Source of the DNA: a virus
IMG/VR virus record: IMGVR_UViG_3300033802_000475
Strand: one strand, 5' to 3'
DNA: 64,000 bases
The position numbers were made by a program, and so were the translations under genes. The notes below the pieces were generated by a model. It made no database searches. It was not told the origin of the DNA and was given only the letters and a program-made list of their open reading frames with translations. Positions 63,741 through 64,000 of the stretch are shown one piece after another (the first letter of the stretch is position 1; each line of letters opens with the position of its first letter).

Positions 63741-64000
63741 GGCGACATCACTCGCAGCGGCGCCGGGGGACGCCGACGGCCAAGCCGCCGATCCGGGCCG
63801 CCCATGCACACGGCCGTTCCCTTGCCGAGCAGCCGGCTCAGGAGCGGCGAATACCACTCGTCGAGCTCCTCGAGACGCTCCGGGCTGTAGTTCGAGGTGA
63901 TGATCGTGGCCCGCGGCTCACGGCCGGCGACCAGCTCGAAGAGCAGTTCCCGGAGCCAGGGGCTGTCCGTCTTCGCCTTCCCCAGGTCGTCGATGATCAG
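63737..64000 (-). CDS. DnaC/IstB-like AAA+ helicase loader (C-terminal part; 5' end off window)
   Basis: Manual translation LIIDDLGK (Walker B)...TIITSNYS...LLSRL...MGGPDRR*. Confidence 0.85.
   Translation of the reverse strand: MIIDDLGKAKTDSPWLRELLFELVAGREPRATIITSNYSPERLEELDEWYSPLLSRLLGKGTAVCMGGPDRRLGRRRPPAPLRVMSP

Larger units (their letters stand above)
1..64000. mobile_element. Lambda-like temperate siphophage genome or prophage (partial)
   Basis: Complete packaging, head, tail and lysis modules plus repressor, recombination and replication genes; no host housekeeping genes seen. Confidence 0.95.

Noticed and set aside
1-64000. tRNA, rRNA, integrase, cas1 or cas6 genes
   Set aside because: None recognisable by eye; tRNAscan-SE and HMM searches would be needed to exclude them formally

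Overview
High-GC (~70%, by eye) window that is almost entirely one temperate, lambda-like (GpA terminase, E-type capsid) siphophage genome. The host is not determinable; the lipoprotein style is suggestive of Gemmatimonadota, which is inference. The gene order looks circularly permuted. From the left: early/recombination genes (ParB, SbcCD, SSAP-like; minus strand), a divergent HTH repressor plus ImmA/IrrE protease, and a lower-GC moron block (Cas2-like protein, HipA-like kinase + DUF3037). Next come a scar carrying a relic lysis end, and a rightward operon from a consensus sigma70 promoter that ends in an RHH-like gene, a nuclease-dead TnpB/Cas12-like gene and a degenerate mini CRISPR-like array. 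The rest is on the minus strand: DNA methylase, lysis, tail, head and packaging genes, then a type IV-B CRISPR-Cas effector module (csf1, Cas11-Csf2 fusion, csf3, cysH) run together with IbrB/IbrA-like, glycosyltransferase and GNAT genes, a cassette-like run of small genes with repeated junctions, and the C-terminus of a DnaC-like ATPase. No integrase, cas1, cas6, tRNA or rRNA was recognised. All family calls come from motif recognition by eye, not database searches.
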